Below, one piece after another: positions 18,524 to 28,482 of a DNA stretch of 64,000 nt. Under the pieces are notes generated by a model. The model saw only the letters and a list, made by a program, of their open reading frames with translations, made no database searches and was not told the origin of the DNA. Both the position numbers and the translations under genes were made by a program. The first letter of the stretch is position 1, and each line of letters begins with the position of its first letter. The stretch lies in the IMG/VR virus record IMGVR_UViG_3300031963_000086; one strand, written 5' to 3'. Origin of the DNA: an uncultured virus (IMG/VR IMGVR_UViG_3300031963_000086) (taxonomy: Duplodnaviria; Heunggongvirae; Uroviricota; Caudoviricetes).

Positions 18524-18864
18524 AACCCCGCTTGTTTGCGTAATTCCGTTGCGGATATGGCTTTTATCTCTTCGGGGGCTTCGATATGCTCGATAGAATA
18601 CCCCACCTCGCGACCATAGCAAATAGCCATAATGTCGGGGATAATCATAATGCGCATCATTCCGTTTGATAAATGGTCAAAGAACTCTTTATTAAGCATT
18701 TGCACCACCTCTTCGGACGTAAAAGGGTTTTTCTCATCTACGGGTACATCCCTTACCGCTACCAATACGGGAATACCTTGATTGATTTTAGTTTCAAATA
18801 AATACCGATGACCCATATGGGGCATTTGGTATCTTCCTACGAATAGGGCATATTTCTTATTCAT
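18520..18864 (-). CDS. HIGH-motif nucleotidyltransferase (cytidylyltransferase-like)
   Basis: GRYQMPHMGH, NPF, ISATELRK. Confidence 0.8.
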   Translation of the reverse strand: MNKKYALFVGRYQMPHMGHRYLFETKINQGIPVLVAVRDVPVDEKNPFTSEEVVQMLNKEFFDHLSNGMMRIMIIPDIMAICYGREVGYSIEHIEAPEEIKAISATELRKQAGL

Positions 18865-19346
18865 CTCTTTATATATTTAATATTTGACTTATATATTTCA
18901 ACAACTTCCCGCAAACACACCTCCTCATTTTTATCCCCCGTATTGATGGAGTAAACATTCTCTTCGCCAATGGGTTCTTCAAAGTCCTCTACCCAAAATT
19001 TCTCACGACCACGATTTTCCGCTTTGTCGTAATGTAAATAGATAAAGATAACATTCTCACCCAACGACCTTAAATGCTCTCTCGCTTCTTTGTAGGGATA
19101 TACGAAAGCCATAACAACAATGTCATTCAACGACTTTTCGTATTTAGCAATATTACTCGCAAGGGTAAGGTTTTGCATCCTACCCTCGCGTGTGTAACTT
19201 TTGTTTTGAAAGATTAAACGCAACTTATCGCCATCAATGTAGTGTGTACGCACGGGGAAATTGCTCTTGGTTCTTATCCAAGAGAAAAATGCTTTGCACA
19301 ATGTGGTTTTCCCACTTGTGGGTTGCCCGAAGAACACAATTATCAT
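18861..19346 (-). CDS. cysC: Adenylylsulfate (APS) kinase-like
   Basis: GQPTSGKTT P-loop, IDGDKLR, YTREGRMQN, FVYPY, FEEP. Confidence 0.8.
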   Translation of the reverse strand: MIIVFFGQPTSGKTTLCKAFFSWIRTKSNFPVRTHYIDGDKLRLIFQNKSYTREGRMQNLTLASNIAKYEKSLNDIVVMAFVYPYKEAREHLRSLGENVIFIYLHYDKAENRGREKFWVEDFEEPIGEENVYSINTGDKNEEVCLREVVEIYKSNIKYIKR

Positions 19347-19723
19347 TCCGCGTCTAATTCGGTTTCGGGATTAACGGGCGTAACCGCTTCGGTGGCTTCT
19401 ACTTTCGCTTCTTCTACGATAGTACCAACGATGGCTATAATTTCACCATTTTCGTTTTGGCGAACATCAAAATGCTCTCCCTTTAACAACATATGGTGAT
19501 TGTAAAGTCCACTAGGAACTATACCACTCCAACTACTTACCGAACACATAGCGTTAAAATGGTCTACGGCAAACACTTCGCCCTCCTCCATTTTTTCAAA
19601 ATTGTGTTCACCATCATAGGCGGGTTTTATCTCACCTACTATTACGCGCCATCTCTTTGGCGAATTTTCGGGGTAGTCCATATTGAAACGAACCAACACC
19701 ACTTTATTTTCTAATGTTATCAT
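19343..19723 (-). CDS. Hypothetical protein
   Basis: Overlaps both neighbours within the operon. Confidence 0.6.
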   Translation of the reverse strand: MITLENKVVLVRFNMDYPENSPKRWRVIVGEIKPAYDGEHNFEKMEEGEVFAVDHFNAMCSVSSWSGIVPSGLYNHHMLLKGEHFDVRQNENGEIIAIVGTIVEEAKVEATEAVTPVNPETELDAE

Positions 19724-20541
19724 TTTGAGTATCTAAAATAATCGTAAAACCATCGGTAATTATCAAAAATCCAATTCGTCACATCGCGACCCAACACTTG
19801 CTTCGCATCGCTAATCAATGGCTCAACCTTATGGCGAATCGTATGTAACCCCGCTATGCCGTACGCTTGGTCGTCTTCTTGCGTGATTTGAGGGATATTA
19901 TCAAAGTCATATTTAAAATGCGGAATACCTAAAAATTCCTCAATTCGGTACAACTCGTTTTCGGGGCGTAAACACAAATCCTCGTATTTAACGAACAATA
20001 TTTTACTATCGTATCCTTGGCGTATAATCTCCGCCAATCGTTCAATGGCAAGACCAATAGGTTGGCTATTTGCCCATATGTCAATTCGCTTGGGTGTACT
20101 TGTACCCGTCATGTTCGCGTGATTAACAATATTGTCATGCTTGTCGGGGTTTTTACGGAAAATCTTCTCGTATGAATTAAATACATCGCGTAGGTCACGA
20201 ACCATGCAAATCACTTTCGGATTTTCTACAAAAGTTTCAAGGAATGGGCGGTATATGCCCCAACCTCTACTCTTTGAAACGACATACTTTTTGTCCGTAA
20301 CCGCATTATACCATCCGTAAATACCATCGTGGCAAAATCGCGCAAATCCTTTGCGCATTAACTCCGCATCTTGGGCTTTAAATTCGGGGCTTTCCGAATA
20401 TGTTGCGCGGGATGAATATACTAACTCCAATGTGCCATCCGTAGGCGTAACGTACATATCATCTCTTGTTCCAAGGATGTTTTGAATCAAAGTCGACCCA
20501 CTTCGGGGTAGGCTCGAATTAAAAAAAATTTCTTCTACCAT
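19720..20541 (-). CDS. PAPS-dependent sulfotransferase
   Basis: SLPRSGSTL (5'-PSB loop), MVRDLRDVFNS (3'-PB), VKYEDL. Confidence 0.9.
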   Translation of the reverse strand: MVEEIFFNSSLPRSGSTLIQNILGTRDDMYVTPTDGTLELVYSSRATYSESPEFKAQDAELMRKGFARFCHDGIYGWYNAVTDKKYVVSKSRGWGIYRPFLETFVENPKVICMVRDLRDVFNSYEKIFRKNPDKHDNIVNHANMTGTSTPKRIDIWANSQPIGLAIERLAEIIRQGYDSKILFVKYEDLCLRPENELYRIEEFLGIPHFKYDFDNIPQITQEDDQAYGIAGLHTIRHKVEPLISDAKQVLGRDVTNWIFDNYRWFYDYFRYSK

Positions 20542-20544
20542 AAA

Positions 20545-21420
20545 TTACAATTTTTCTACGGCCTCAATCAAAACATCCGCATCGAATATCTCAGATTCAT
20601 TGTTGTAGGGAATTTCAAGCGGGTTTCCGCTAATGTCAAACAACCCAAGGTAAGCGTTTCTCAATTCGGGTTTCTTTGTCCAAGGGTTAGATTTGATGTT
20701 GGTATGAGTATCATAACCGAAGCACCCCTCGCTATTGCCTATCCAACAAACCACGGATGGTAAATGAAGCGCAGCACAAGCGTGTTGAGCGAATGAATCA
20801 ATCAATAACCTCTTTTGAGATACCATCAACAATACGCAAAGAGAACGGAAATTATCCGACACTTGAATAGTATTATTCAATGCGGGTTGGTCATCTCTAC
20901 GAATATGGCAAATCAAATAATCTTTGGCAAAATGGTCAACTACCTTTTGGGCGGTCGCTTGTGGAATATCTCTTGCCCATGAATACTTTGTTTCTTGATT
21001 AGGCGCACCTCCATTGGTTTGAATAACCATAATGGGTCTATCCGAAGCCCACTTTTGAGCAAAGAACTCCTTTTCGCGATTGGTAAAGTAAAGTTGTGGG
21101 TACTCACCATTGTATTGATAGCCGAACATCTTAGCCCAAGTTTTGAGCAAGTGTTCGCTACGTTGAATGTGAGCCGTTTCCAAATAAGGGTTGTGGGCGT
21201 GAACCTTAACCTCTTGGTTGGCAATAAACTCTTCGTAAAAGTATTGTTGTTGCCCGAAAGCGTAAGTTCTATCAACCCAAGGGTTGTTAATAAACGCCTC
21301 TGGATAGCCACTAACGACAATTAGTCGTGCTTCGGGGTGGTGTCTTTTGATTGTTTCGCAAACGGCCGTAGCCATAATGCACTTACCCAATCCCCCATCA
21401 ATTTGAAAGATAATATTCAT
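20545..21420 (-). CDS. GT-B glycosyltransferase (GT9/heptosyltransferase-like)
   Basis: GGLGKCIM, NNPWVD, IDSFAQHACAAL..PSVV.W. Confidence 0.75.
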   Translation of the reverse strand: MNIIFQIDGGLGKCIMATAVCETIKRHHPEARLIVVSGYPEAFINNPWVDRTYAFGQQQYFYEEFIANQEVKVHAHNPYLETAHIQRSEHLLKTWAKMFGYQYNGEYPQLYFTNREKEFFAQKWASDRPIMVIQTNGGAPNQETKYSWARDIPQATAQKVVDHFAKDYLICHIRRDDQPALNNTIQVSDNFRSLCVLLMVSQKRLLIDSFAQHACAALHLPSVVCWIGNSEGCFGYDTHTNIKSNPWTKKPELRNAYLGLFDISGNPLEIPYNNESEIFDADVLIEAVEKL

Positions 21421-21597
21421 ATTTGAAACATTTGATGTCGCAAGTTATGAATAAGTTAGAAAGTGTGCAAGTAGTATTTGAGAATATAAAACAACAAAAC
21501 CCACAATGTTTTCACAAGGTGGGCGATTGTCGCATATAAATTATTGGCTAAGGTTGGTTATTTGGTGTTATTTCACCAAAGTCAAGATGGCGTTATA

Positions 21598-21924
21598 TTA
21601 ACTCCAAGGCAAAGGTGTCACTTGAGGCGACACGGGGGGATTGATTTGAGAATTAATTTGTCCTTGAATACACGCTTCAATGGAGATAATTCCGTTTTCA
21701 CCCAACTCTTGCTTAATCCAACCAATAACGATGTCATTAGTCAAATCTTCGTAAGGGATGAAAGGAGAAACACTCGCGGTTGAGAATTGCGCGGTATTAG
21801 AAAGAGATGAGGTGTAAGCACCATCAACTCCCGTTACATTGTAAGAAGCGATTACTACATAATCGGTGTTCCCATCAATTGTTTGTGTCCAAAGGGTATC
21901 TACTACCCAAGTAAAAATTGTCAT
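21598..21924 (-). CDS. Fibre-associated small protein
   Basis: FTW......YVV..., FIPYEDLT.DIVIGWI pattern often found next to phage fibre genes. Confidence 0.65.
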   Translation of the reverse strand: MTIFTWVVDTLWTQTIDGNTDYVVIASYNVTGVDGAYTSSLSNTAQFSTASVSPFIPYEDLTNDIVIGWIKQELGENGIISIEACIQGQINSQINPPVSPQVTPLPWS

Positions 21925-21946
21925 ATTGCTAATTTAGTTATTTTTT

Positions 21947-24385
21947 TTATGCTAATAATACTTTTTGTGTTACTCCATTAATAACGACCTCCCAATACTT
22001 TGTAGAGGTGTTGACTTGTGATACTACGCTACCCGCGTTTGTTGTTGAACTACCGACTACAAATTGGTTGGAAGCGGTTGCAGTTGCTCCTCTACCTAAA
22101 ATAGTTGAACCACAAAAATTGTTAGATGAAGTTTCAACACCCAAAGCACTATTTGAATTTCCCGTTGTGTTTCCACTAAGTGCTTGTTCACCTAATGCCA
22201 CGTTAAAACTTCCCGTTGTATTGCCCAACATTGCAAAACGTCCCAATACATTATTAAATTCACCTGTTGTATTTGCCCTTAAAGAATCATCACCTATAGC
22301 GTTATTAAATTGTCCATCAGTATTACTGAACATTGATTCGTGACCGATGGCTATATTTGCTTGTTGTGTATTAGTATTACTTAAAGCAGAATTTCCAATT
22401 GCTATATGGTTATAACCCATAGTATTACCCGAAAGAGCATTAACACCAATCGCAATATTATTATTTCCCGTAGTATTTGCTCTTAAAGCACAAGTCCCAA
22501 TTGCCGTATTCCCGCTACCCAAACAATTACTAAATCCCGCTTGGTTTCCAACAAAAGCATTACTTGTTCCAATAGTATTGTTAAATCCCGCTTGATACCC
22601 TACGGCCGTAATGTAGTCCGCGTTATTAAAATTCAACGCTTGATACCCGACGGCCACACTACCCGTTGCCGTTGTGTTGCCAAAAAGAGCATCCACACCA
22701 ACACCCGTATTTTGCGAACCACTTGTGTTACAAATAAGAGAGCGATAACCTAGACCCGTGTTATTCGAGTTGGTATTGTTTTGAAGCGCGATGTAACCCA
22801 ATGCCGTATTACCCGTTCCCGTAGAGTTCAAATTAAAGGCACAAGTACCAATAGCGGTGTTACCACCACCCGTGGTATTTGTACGACCCGCATTAGAACC
22901 GAAGAATGAGTTGTTAACGGCGGTTGTGTTTGAATATCCCGCTTGATAACCAACGGCGGTGTTACAAGATGCGGTTGTTGTTGCAAACAAAGATTGAGTA
23001 CCAATTGCGGTGTTATTTGAACCCGTTACCGTATTAATCATTGATGAGCGACCTATCGCAACATTGCTATTACCCGTTGTAAGCCCATATAAAGCATCTG
23101 TACCCACTCCCGTGTTGCTACATCCGCAAATATTAAATCGTAATGCTGATGTGCCTAATCCCACATTGTCATTGCCACAAAAATTATTTTCAATCGCCGA
23201 AGCCCCAACAGCAACATTGCTATTTCCCGTCCTATTTAATGGCAATGAACTTATTCCAATTGCCGTATTAAATGCTCCCGTGATATTACACAAAAGTGCA
23301 GCATTACCAAAGGCAACATTATAAGAGCCACTTGATGTCGCTTCTAATGCTCTACATCCAAAAGCACTATTTTGATTACCTGTCGTATTAAATTTCAAAG
23401 TGTCATTACCAATAGCGGTATTACCACCACCCGTGGTATTTGAAAATAAAGAATTTACACCGATAGCGGTATTATTACTACCCGTACTATTGCACTTTAA
23501 AGCATCATTACCAAATGCACTCAATCCACAACCCGTAGTATTTCTATACAACGAGTTAGTACCAACGGCGGTGTTATTAATCCCCGTCGTATTGCAATAC
23601 ATTGCACGATACCCAACCGCACTATTACAAGAAGCGGTGTTAAAGAATAGTGATTGTGTACCAACAGCGGTATTATTACTACCTATTGAGTTACAAAATA
23701 TGGCTTGTGAGCCACCCGCGAAATTATTACACCCCGTAGTGTTATTGCGTAAGTTTTGCGCTCCTACGCCCGTATTTCTACAGCCAGTAATAGAGGCCCT
23801 CAAAACGTGAGAACCTATAGCGGTATTATAACTTGAGGTAGTATTTTGTCGAAGTGTTTGTGAACCAACCGCAGTATTGTCTTGACCCGTTGAATTATTA
23901 CATAGTGACGCAAACCCAAATCCCACGTTTTGAGTTCCCGTTGTATTACACATCAATGTAGATGTACCAAACGCGGAATTATTAAAAGCGGTGGTATTGC
24001 AATTCAATGAGTAATACCCAAATGCGGTCAATCCCGAACCCGTCGTATTTGCGGATAATGCAAATTCTCCAAACGCGGTATTTGTAAGACAATTATTATT
24101 GCCCTTGTTGGTTATAAAGCAAGTAGATAATTGTAATGGGCTAATATTCCCACAACTATCGCTAATACAAGTGAGCGAAGAGGTTAAAGGTTGGCAATTG
24201 AAAGTCCGTAAAGAACCATCTACGCCACCACCTCCACCACCGCCCGTATAGTCGGTTATAGGTTGTACGACACCATTGGTATCTTTTAATTTTAATAGAC
24301 CATCGGTATCGTCAACGAAAGTTGATAATCCGTTGGCACTTAATACCTCTATGTTTCCCGCGAGTGTTTTGGTTACTTGTGTCAT
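21947..24385 (-). CDS. Beta-helix (YadA/Hep-Hag-like) spike/fibre protein, 812 aa
   Basis: Many ~17-aa repeats NTAIG..AL..NTTG; N-terminal domain shared with 1063-1728. Confidence 0.8.
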   Translation of the reverse strand: MTQVTKTLAGNIEVLSANGLSTFVDDTDGLLKLKDTNGVVQPITDYTGGGGGGGVDGSLRTFNCQPLTSSLTCISDSCGNISPLQLSTCFITNKGNNNCLTNTAFGEFALSANTTGSGLTAFGYYSLNCNTTAFNNSAFGTSTLMCNTTGTQNVGFGFASLCNNSTGQDNTAVGSQTLRQNTTSSYNTAIGSHVLRASITGCRNTGVGAQNLRNNTTGCNNFAGGSQAIFCNSIGSNNTAVGTQSLFFNTASCNSAVGYRAMYCNTTGINNTAVGTNSLYRNTTGCGLSAFGNDALKCNSTGSNNTAIGVNSLFSNTTGGGNTAIGNDTLKFNTTGNQNSAFGCRALEATSSGSYNVAFGNAALLCNITGAFNTAIGISSLPLNRTGNSNVAVGASAIENNFCGNDNVGLGTSALRFNICGCSNTGVGTDALYGLTTGNSNVAIGRSSMINTVTGSNNTAIGTQSLFATTTASCNTAVGYQAGYSNTTAVNNSFFGSNAGRTNTTGGGNTAIGTCAFNLNSTGTGNTALGYIALQNNTNSNNTGLGYRSLICNTSGSQNTGVGVDALFGNTTATGSVAVGYQALNFNNADYITAVGYQAGFNNTIGTSNAFVGNQAGFSNCLGSGNTAIGTCALRANTTGNNNIAIGVNALSGNTMGYNHIAIGNSALSNTNTQQANIAIGHESMFSNTDGQFNNAIGDDSLRANTTGEFNNVLGRFAMLGNTTGSFNVALGEQALSGNTTGNSNSALGVETSSNNFCGSTILGRGATATASNQFVVGSSTTNAGSVVSQVNTSTKYWEVVINGVTQKVLLA

Positions 24386-24786
24386 TATTCAAATAGTTTT
24401 GCGATAGGGCATACTCTTTTATTAGTACCACCATCATATATCGCAACACCTATTTGTTCGTCCTTGGCAAAGAGATACACGCTAAACTTTTCCGCGTCTA
24501 TTTCTAATTCTCGGCATTGTTTAACCATGCTTTGTAGAATTACGGGTGTCACCATCGCTTCTTGACCCAACAAATCCATGTTGATATTCATGATGCGTCT
24601 ATAAGTAACTTCCCCGTCGGGTTGCCAATTAAAGCACTTTTGAAACTTAATTGGCGACTCTTCAATCCCACTAAACGTCAAACGAATTTGAACATTTGTG
24701 TACTCAACATTTTGTGTGGTCGCAATTGACTTGATGCCCTTGATAAAGTCTTTTGCAATTTTTACTCCGAATATTTCTCCTAACAT
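24385..24786 (-). CDS. Hypothetical protein
   Basis: 133-aa ORF; TATATTTG box at 24805-24812. Confidence 0.65.
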   Translation of the reverse strand: MLGEIFGVKIAKDFIKGIKSIATTQNVEYTNVQIRLTFSGIEESPIKFQKCFNWQPDGEVTYRRIMNINMDLLGQEAMVTPVILQSMVKQCRELEIDAEKFSVYLFAKDEQIGVAIYDGGTNKRVCPIAKLFE

Positions 24787-24814
24787 ATAATTTGATATTT
24801 ACTACAAATATAGA

Positions 24815-25318
24815 TTATCCGTAGTATGTATCGTATAGCGATTTTAACTCTTTGCCCGTAGTTGAAAAACGAACGGGAATAGAGGTAAACCCAAACAAGG
24901 TTTTAACCTTGAAAGTTCCAACAAAGTCCAATGGCAAATCTTTTGTAGTCAATGCACTTGCTACCAAAGTTTTCCAATTATTGAAAACCGCCTTGGGGTC
25001 AAAAGTTATTGTCATCTTAACGCGTGACTTTCCGTTCGCCTCAATAGTGGTTTCTTGTGGTTCGGTAATTGAACCGATTTGAGCATTTGATGAGAACACC
25101 TTAATATCCAAATCCTTAATGACCGCTTTAAAGTTGCTCTTATTAATGAAAGTCAAGTACACCACACCTTTTGCTTGTGGGGTAACTTGGGTCAATACAA
25201 ATCCATCTACGGAATAATCCCATTGGTTTGCAAGTAGGACATTACGATAGATATATCGTGCAAGGGCGACACCCGCAAGTGATGCACCCGTAATTAATAA
25301 AACCTTGTTCGCTTTCAT
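24815..25318 (-). CDS. Membrane-anchored LEA_2-like beta-sandwich protein
   Basis: N-terminal TM; F.NKSNF..VIKDLDIKV....IG.I......IEANGKS.V. Confidence 0.6.
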   Translation of the reverse strand: MKANKVLLITGASLAGVALARYIYRNVLLANQWDYSVDGFVLTQVTPQAKGVVYLTFINKSNFKAVIKDLDIKVFSSNAQIGSITEPQETTIEANGKSRVKMTITFDPKAVFNNWKTLVASALTTKDLPLDFVGTFKVKTLFGFTSIPVRFSTTGKELKSLYDTYYG

Positions 25319-25584
25319 TAGTCGGTAATTAAGTTATAGGCAAGGTATGTCAACCCCACCACGATGAAATAATAAGTAAATGAGTTGGGAATACCCAACA
25401 CAACGGGTTGTTTGGCGTTCAAACGCTCACTACGCATTTTCATTTCCTCAACCGCACTCCCAAATTCGGGTTGAAAGGTTTCTTGGAATTTCAATCCAAA
25501 ACTTTTGGCTTTGGCTACATCTTGGTTGAACTTTTCTTCGTCAACACCCGTGCTTTGGAAAAATGATTCAAATTGGTCTACCAT
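25318..25584 (-). CDS. Small membrane protein
   Basis: C-terminal TM. Confidence 0.55.
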   Translation of the reverse strand: MVDQFESFFQSTGVDEEKFNQDVAKAKSFGLKFQETFQPEFGSAVEEMKMRSERLNAKQPVVLGIPNSFTYYFIVVGLTYLAYNLITD

Positions 25585-26345
25585 TAGTTGTTCTTTTTAA
25601 ATAGCATATATGCACCTACAACCACTACAAGCCCAATAATACCATAGGTGAGGTATTTTGAACCCCCTTTGGTAATCGTACCCGCCAACGCATCAATTTG
25701 CGCTTGTACCGATTTTTTTTCTTCGGGCGTTTTAGCGTTTATGAGTTGGTCGTTCAACGATTTCATTTTGGCAATTCTTTCGGCTTCGGCTTTTGCATCG
25801 GCATCGGCTTGGGCTTTCGCTTTTGCATCCGCATCCGCTTTTTCTTTTAAAGCAACCGCTTTAGCAATAGCGGTTTGTAGTTCGGGAATTATATTTTGAT
25901 TTAATGCACGGATGTTTGCTTTTGCCTTACCCGCTTGTTGTAGAGTGTTTATTTCCGAAGCATCAAGTGAGTTTGAATAGCGTATTGAGTTTTGACCACT
26001 ATTCTCATTATTTTGCCATTGACCTAATTCATAATTTGCTTTTTCCAATAATGAATTTAACACATCCAACGATGTTTTTGCATCATACTTAAATATCCCA
26101 TTATAATATGATTTAGCATTTGTTTGCATTGAAGTTGTAGGTTCGGTAAGTATTTCCCACTTTTTGTTTTTTGCCGAAAGAGGATTAAGATTTCTAAAAC
26201 GACTTTTTAGTGTTTTGTCATCTATAATTGTATTGTCACCCGTTGCGCTCAAAAAGTCATCACCCGCTTCCAACATTATTAAGTTATCCTTTGAAGCGAC
26301 ACCGCTAAAGTTGTCCCATTCACTATTTGTCCAAGTTAATCTCAT
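25584..26345 (-). CDS. Virion membrane protein (coiled coil, C-terminal TM + KK)
   Basis: WDNFSG and FLSATG motifs, Ala/Lys repeat, C-terminal TM. Confidence 0.65.
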   Translation of the reverse strand: MRLTWTNSEWDNFSGVASKDNLIMLEAGDDFLSATGDNTIIDDKTLKSRFRNLNPLSAKNKKWEILTEPTTSMQTNAKSYYNGIFKYDAKTSLDVLNSLLEKANYELGQWQNNENSGQNSIRYSNSLDASEINTLQQAGKAKANIRALNQNIIPELQTAIAKAVALKEKADADAKAKAQADADAKAEAERIAKMKSLNDQLINAKTPEEKKSVQAQIDALAGTITKGGSKYLTYGIIGLVVVVGAYMLFKKNN

Positions 26346-26348
26346 GGC

Positions 26349-26876
26349 TTATTTTTTGAATTTTCTATACATCAAGAACCCTACAAGACCAACGACCAAT
26401 ACCCCGCCAATAACAAGGGCGTAAGTACCCGTTTTGCTAGTATCGGTGCTACCCGTAACGCCTTCTAACAACTTATTGAACTCGCTATTCTCCTTTTCGG
26501 TTTTGGCAAGTTCACATCCCGCATCATTGTATGCGTTCTTGAAAAAGTCCAAACGCTTTTTGTAAAGGTTTAAGTATTCTTGCTTAACACGCTTGTCACC
26601 CGCTTTGTAGGTAGACATATTCTTTTCTTCCGTGGAAATAGTACGCTCTAACGCGGAAATTTTACTCTCCAACACTTTGCAATCTTTTTTATCGGCATCC
26701 GTTAACGGCCACCACTTTTCTACATCGCCTTCACGACCCGTAGCGTAAGAATAATCTACATCGGGAAAACCATAATCGGCCTTCTTTGAGAACGCATATT
26801 CATCGGTTCGTGGTGCTTCGCTACCCGTAAATCCGAACGACATATCATCGTTTTGGTAAAATACATCAATTTCCAT
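26349..26876 (-). CDS. Virion membrane protein (C-terminal TM + RKFKK)
   Basis: FGFTG and YSYATG motifs, coiled coil, TM. Confidence 0.65.
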   Translation of the reverse strand: MEIDVFYQNDDMSFGFTGSEAPRTDEYAFSKKADYGFPDVDYSYATGREGDVEKWWPLTDADKKDCKVLESKISALERTISTEEKNMSTYKAGDKRVKQEYLNLYKKRLDFFKNAYNDAGCELAKTEKENSEFNKLLEGVTGSTDTSKTGTYALVIGGVLVVGLVGFLMYRKFKK

Positions 26877-26889
26877 TTTGTTTTTTTTA

Positions 26890-27411
26890 TTAGCCTTCCC
26901 AAGGGAATTTGTTTGTGTTTGGGTTAGTGTTCGTGTCCTTCACATTGAAGAAAGTCAACCATTTATCAATATCCGTAGTTTTAGTCAATGGCAACAAATC
27001 CAATTTGCCATAGTTACTCGCTACATATAGCATCGCTTTAGTGGTTTCTTGCCCCGCTAATCCATCGGTAGTTATTTTTGGATAACCACCACCTAATGAA
27101 GCAATTCGTTGATTTAACAAGGTTTGTACCCTTGCCACTTTTGCTTTGAATGCGCTATCGGTTTTTGCACTTGCAATAGCATCAAACGATGGTAAATATT
27201 TGCTTGGGATTTTTGAACCCCAAGTCAAACCTTCTACACCCAACGGCAAAGTTGCCAAATACTTATCGGTATAAACCACTTCTTTTTCGGGGGTCGGTGT
27301 ACCATCGCCACCCTTGCTATTTTGAACAAGTTTGATTACGATGTATGTGGCAAGTAAAGCCCCACCAAAGTATAAAGCATATTTTGTATTCTTATCTATT
27401 TTCATTTTCAT
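26890..27411 (-). CDS. Membrane protein with a possible peptidoglycan-binding motif
   Basis: N-terminal TM; VARVQTLLN...ITTDGLAGQETTKA resembles PG_binding_1. Confidence 0.55.
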   Translation of the reverse strand: MKMKIDKNTKYALYFGGALLATYIVIKLVQNSKGGDGTPTPEKEVVYTDKYLATLPLGVEGLTWGSKIPSKYLPSFDAIASAKTDSAFKAKVARVQTLLNQRIASLGGGYPKITTDGLAGQETTKAMLYVASNYGKLDLLPLTKTTDIDKWLTFFNVKDTNTNPNTNKFPWEG

Positions 27412-27415
27412 AATT

Positions 27416-27835
27416 TTATATTGCTATTACAAAATAAGGGTTAATAAGTACATCCGATTCAAAACTACCGAAGCCAAAAAAATTGCCTCCAACCTCTTCA
27501 TCGCGAACTATAATATATCCATCTTTTCTTACCCCTTTTACATATTCTTTTGAATACAACTTGCCTTGTCGGACATTATAAGTATTGCCTAAAGACCCAT
27601 CACTTTTCAAAACCCTAATCGTTGTTGGTTTAAAAACATTTAAACCCGCTTTCATAGCACTAATCTTTTGTTTTGCATTAGTAACTCTACCACTATCATT
27701 TTGACGAAGTGATTCTTCGGGCGTAGGTTCTACGGGGGCGTTATCATCGCCCTTTTTGCTTTTAATTGACAACATCAAAATGCCTCCCGCTATAGCAACT
27801 CCAATGAGGGGGTATATGTATTTATTGACTTTCAT
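27416..27835 (-). CDS. Single-TM membrane protein
   Basis: N-terminal TM + basic residues. Confidence 0.6.
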   Translation of the reverse strand: MKVNKYIYPLIGVAIAGGILMLSIKSKKGDDNAPVEPTPEESLRQNDSGRVTNAKQKISAMKAGLNVFKPTTIRVLKSDGSLGNTYNVRQGKLYSKEYVKGVRKDGYIIVRDEEVGGNFFGFGSFESDVLINPYFVIAI

Positions 27836-28017
27836 TTCTTTTCCTCCGAAATCTTTTTAATCAAGGTTTCCATTTCCGCATCCAAATTATCGGTTTTTGC
27901 ATTTGAAGTGTATGCCCCTTTACTACTTTTGTACTTGCGATAAGCAACGGCACTAACTATTCCTACCACTAATCCTAGCGATACATAGGTCAATATCTTT
28001 TTTGTATTATCGGTCAT
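27832..28017 (-). CDS. Small single-TM protein
   Basis: TM followed by YRKYK. Confidence 0.6.
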   Translation of the reverse strand: MTDNTKKILTYVSLGLVVGIVSAVAYRKYKSSKGAYTSNAKTDNLDAEMETLIKKISEEKK

Positions 28018-28478
28018 TTGCTTTTAATTAATTCATAACCCCTATACCCTAAATAGCCCAAGGACAAAGCCAATGCTCCATAAATAATTACTTTTAATGT
28101 AGTACCCTTGCCTCCAAATACACTTGCAATACTATCTCCTATACCCGATATAACATTTGATGTGTCATCAAGTATTTCTATACCACTACCCGCTATATTT
28201 AACACTTGTGGTATGAATGGAATCTTAACACTTGCATAAGTATCTAATCCCTCGGCTCTTGCGTAAGAGCGAAATGCGCTATTGAATGTTCGGCAATCCC
28301 AATGACCCGAAAAGTCACTACCTTGAGCGTAGGCGTAATTCCAAATAAGTTTCGCGCGTTCCGCACCGAAATGCGCTTTCAAACGCTTGTGCCACGCTAT
28401 CCATTCGTCACAATTCCACCAACTGTCACTACCCCATCGGTCGTAGTCGGGAACGATATTCCATGTGTTTACCGCCAT
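28014..28478 (-). CDS. Trp-rich membrane protein with C-terminal TM
   Basis: 154-aa ORF in the operon. Confidence 0.6.
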   Translation of the reverse strand: MAVNTWNIVPDYDRWGSDSWWNCDEWIAWHKRLKAHFGAERAKLIWNYAYAQGSDFSGHWDCRTFNSAFRSYARAEGLDTYASVKIPFIPQVLNIAGSGIEILDDTSNVISGIGDSIASVFGGKGTTLKVIIYGALALSLGYLGYRGYELIKSK

Positions 28479-28482
28479 CTCT

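Noticed and set aside
12090..23810. Plus-strand Pro/Leu-rich ORFs opposite the fibre genes (12090, 14487, 22008, 23010, 23400)
   Set aside because: Antisense shadows of Gly/Asn repeat codons
11423..24385. Diversity-generating retroelement acting on the fibre genes
   Set aside because: No reverse transcriptase recognised and no template/variable repeat pair differing only at adenines
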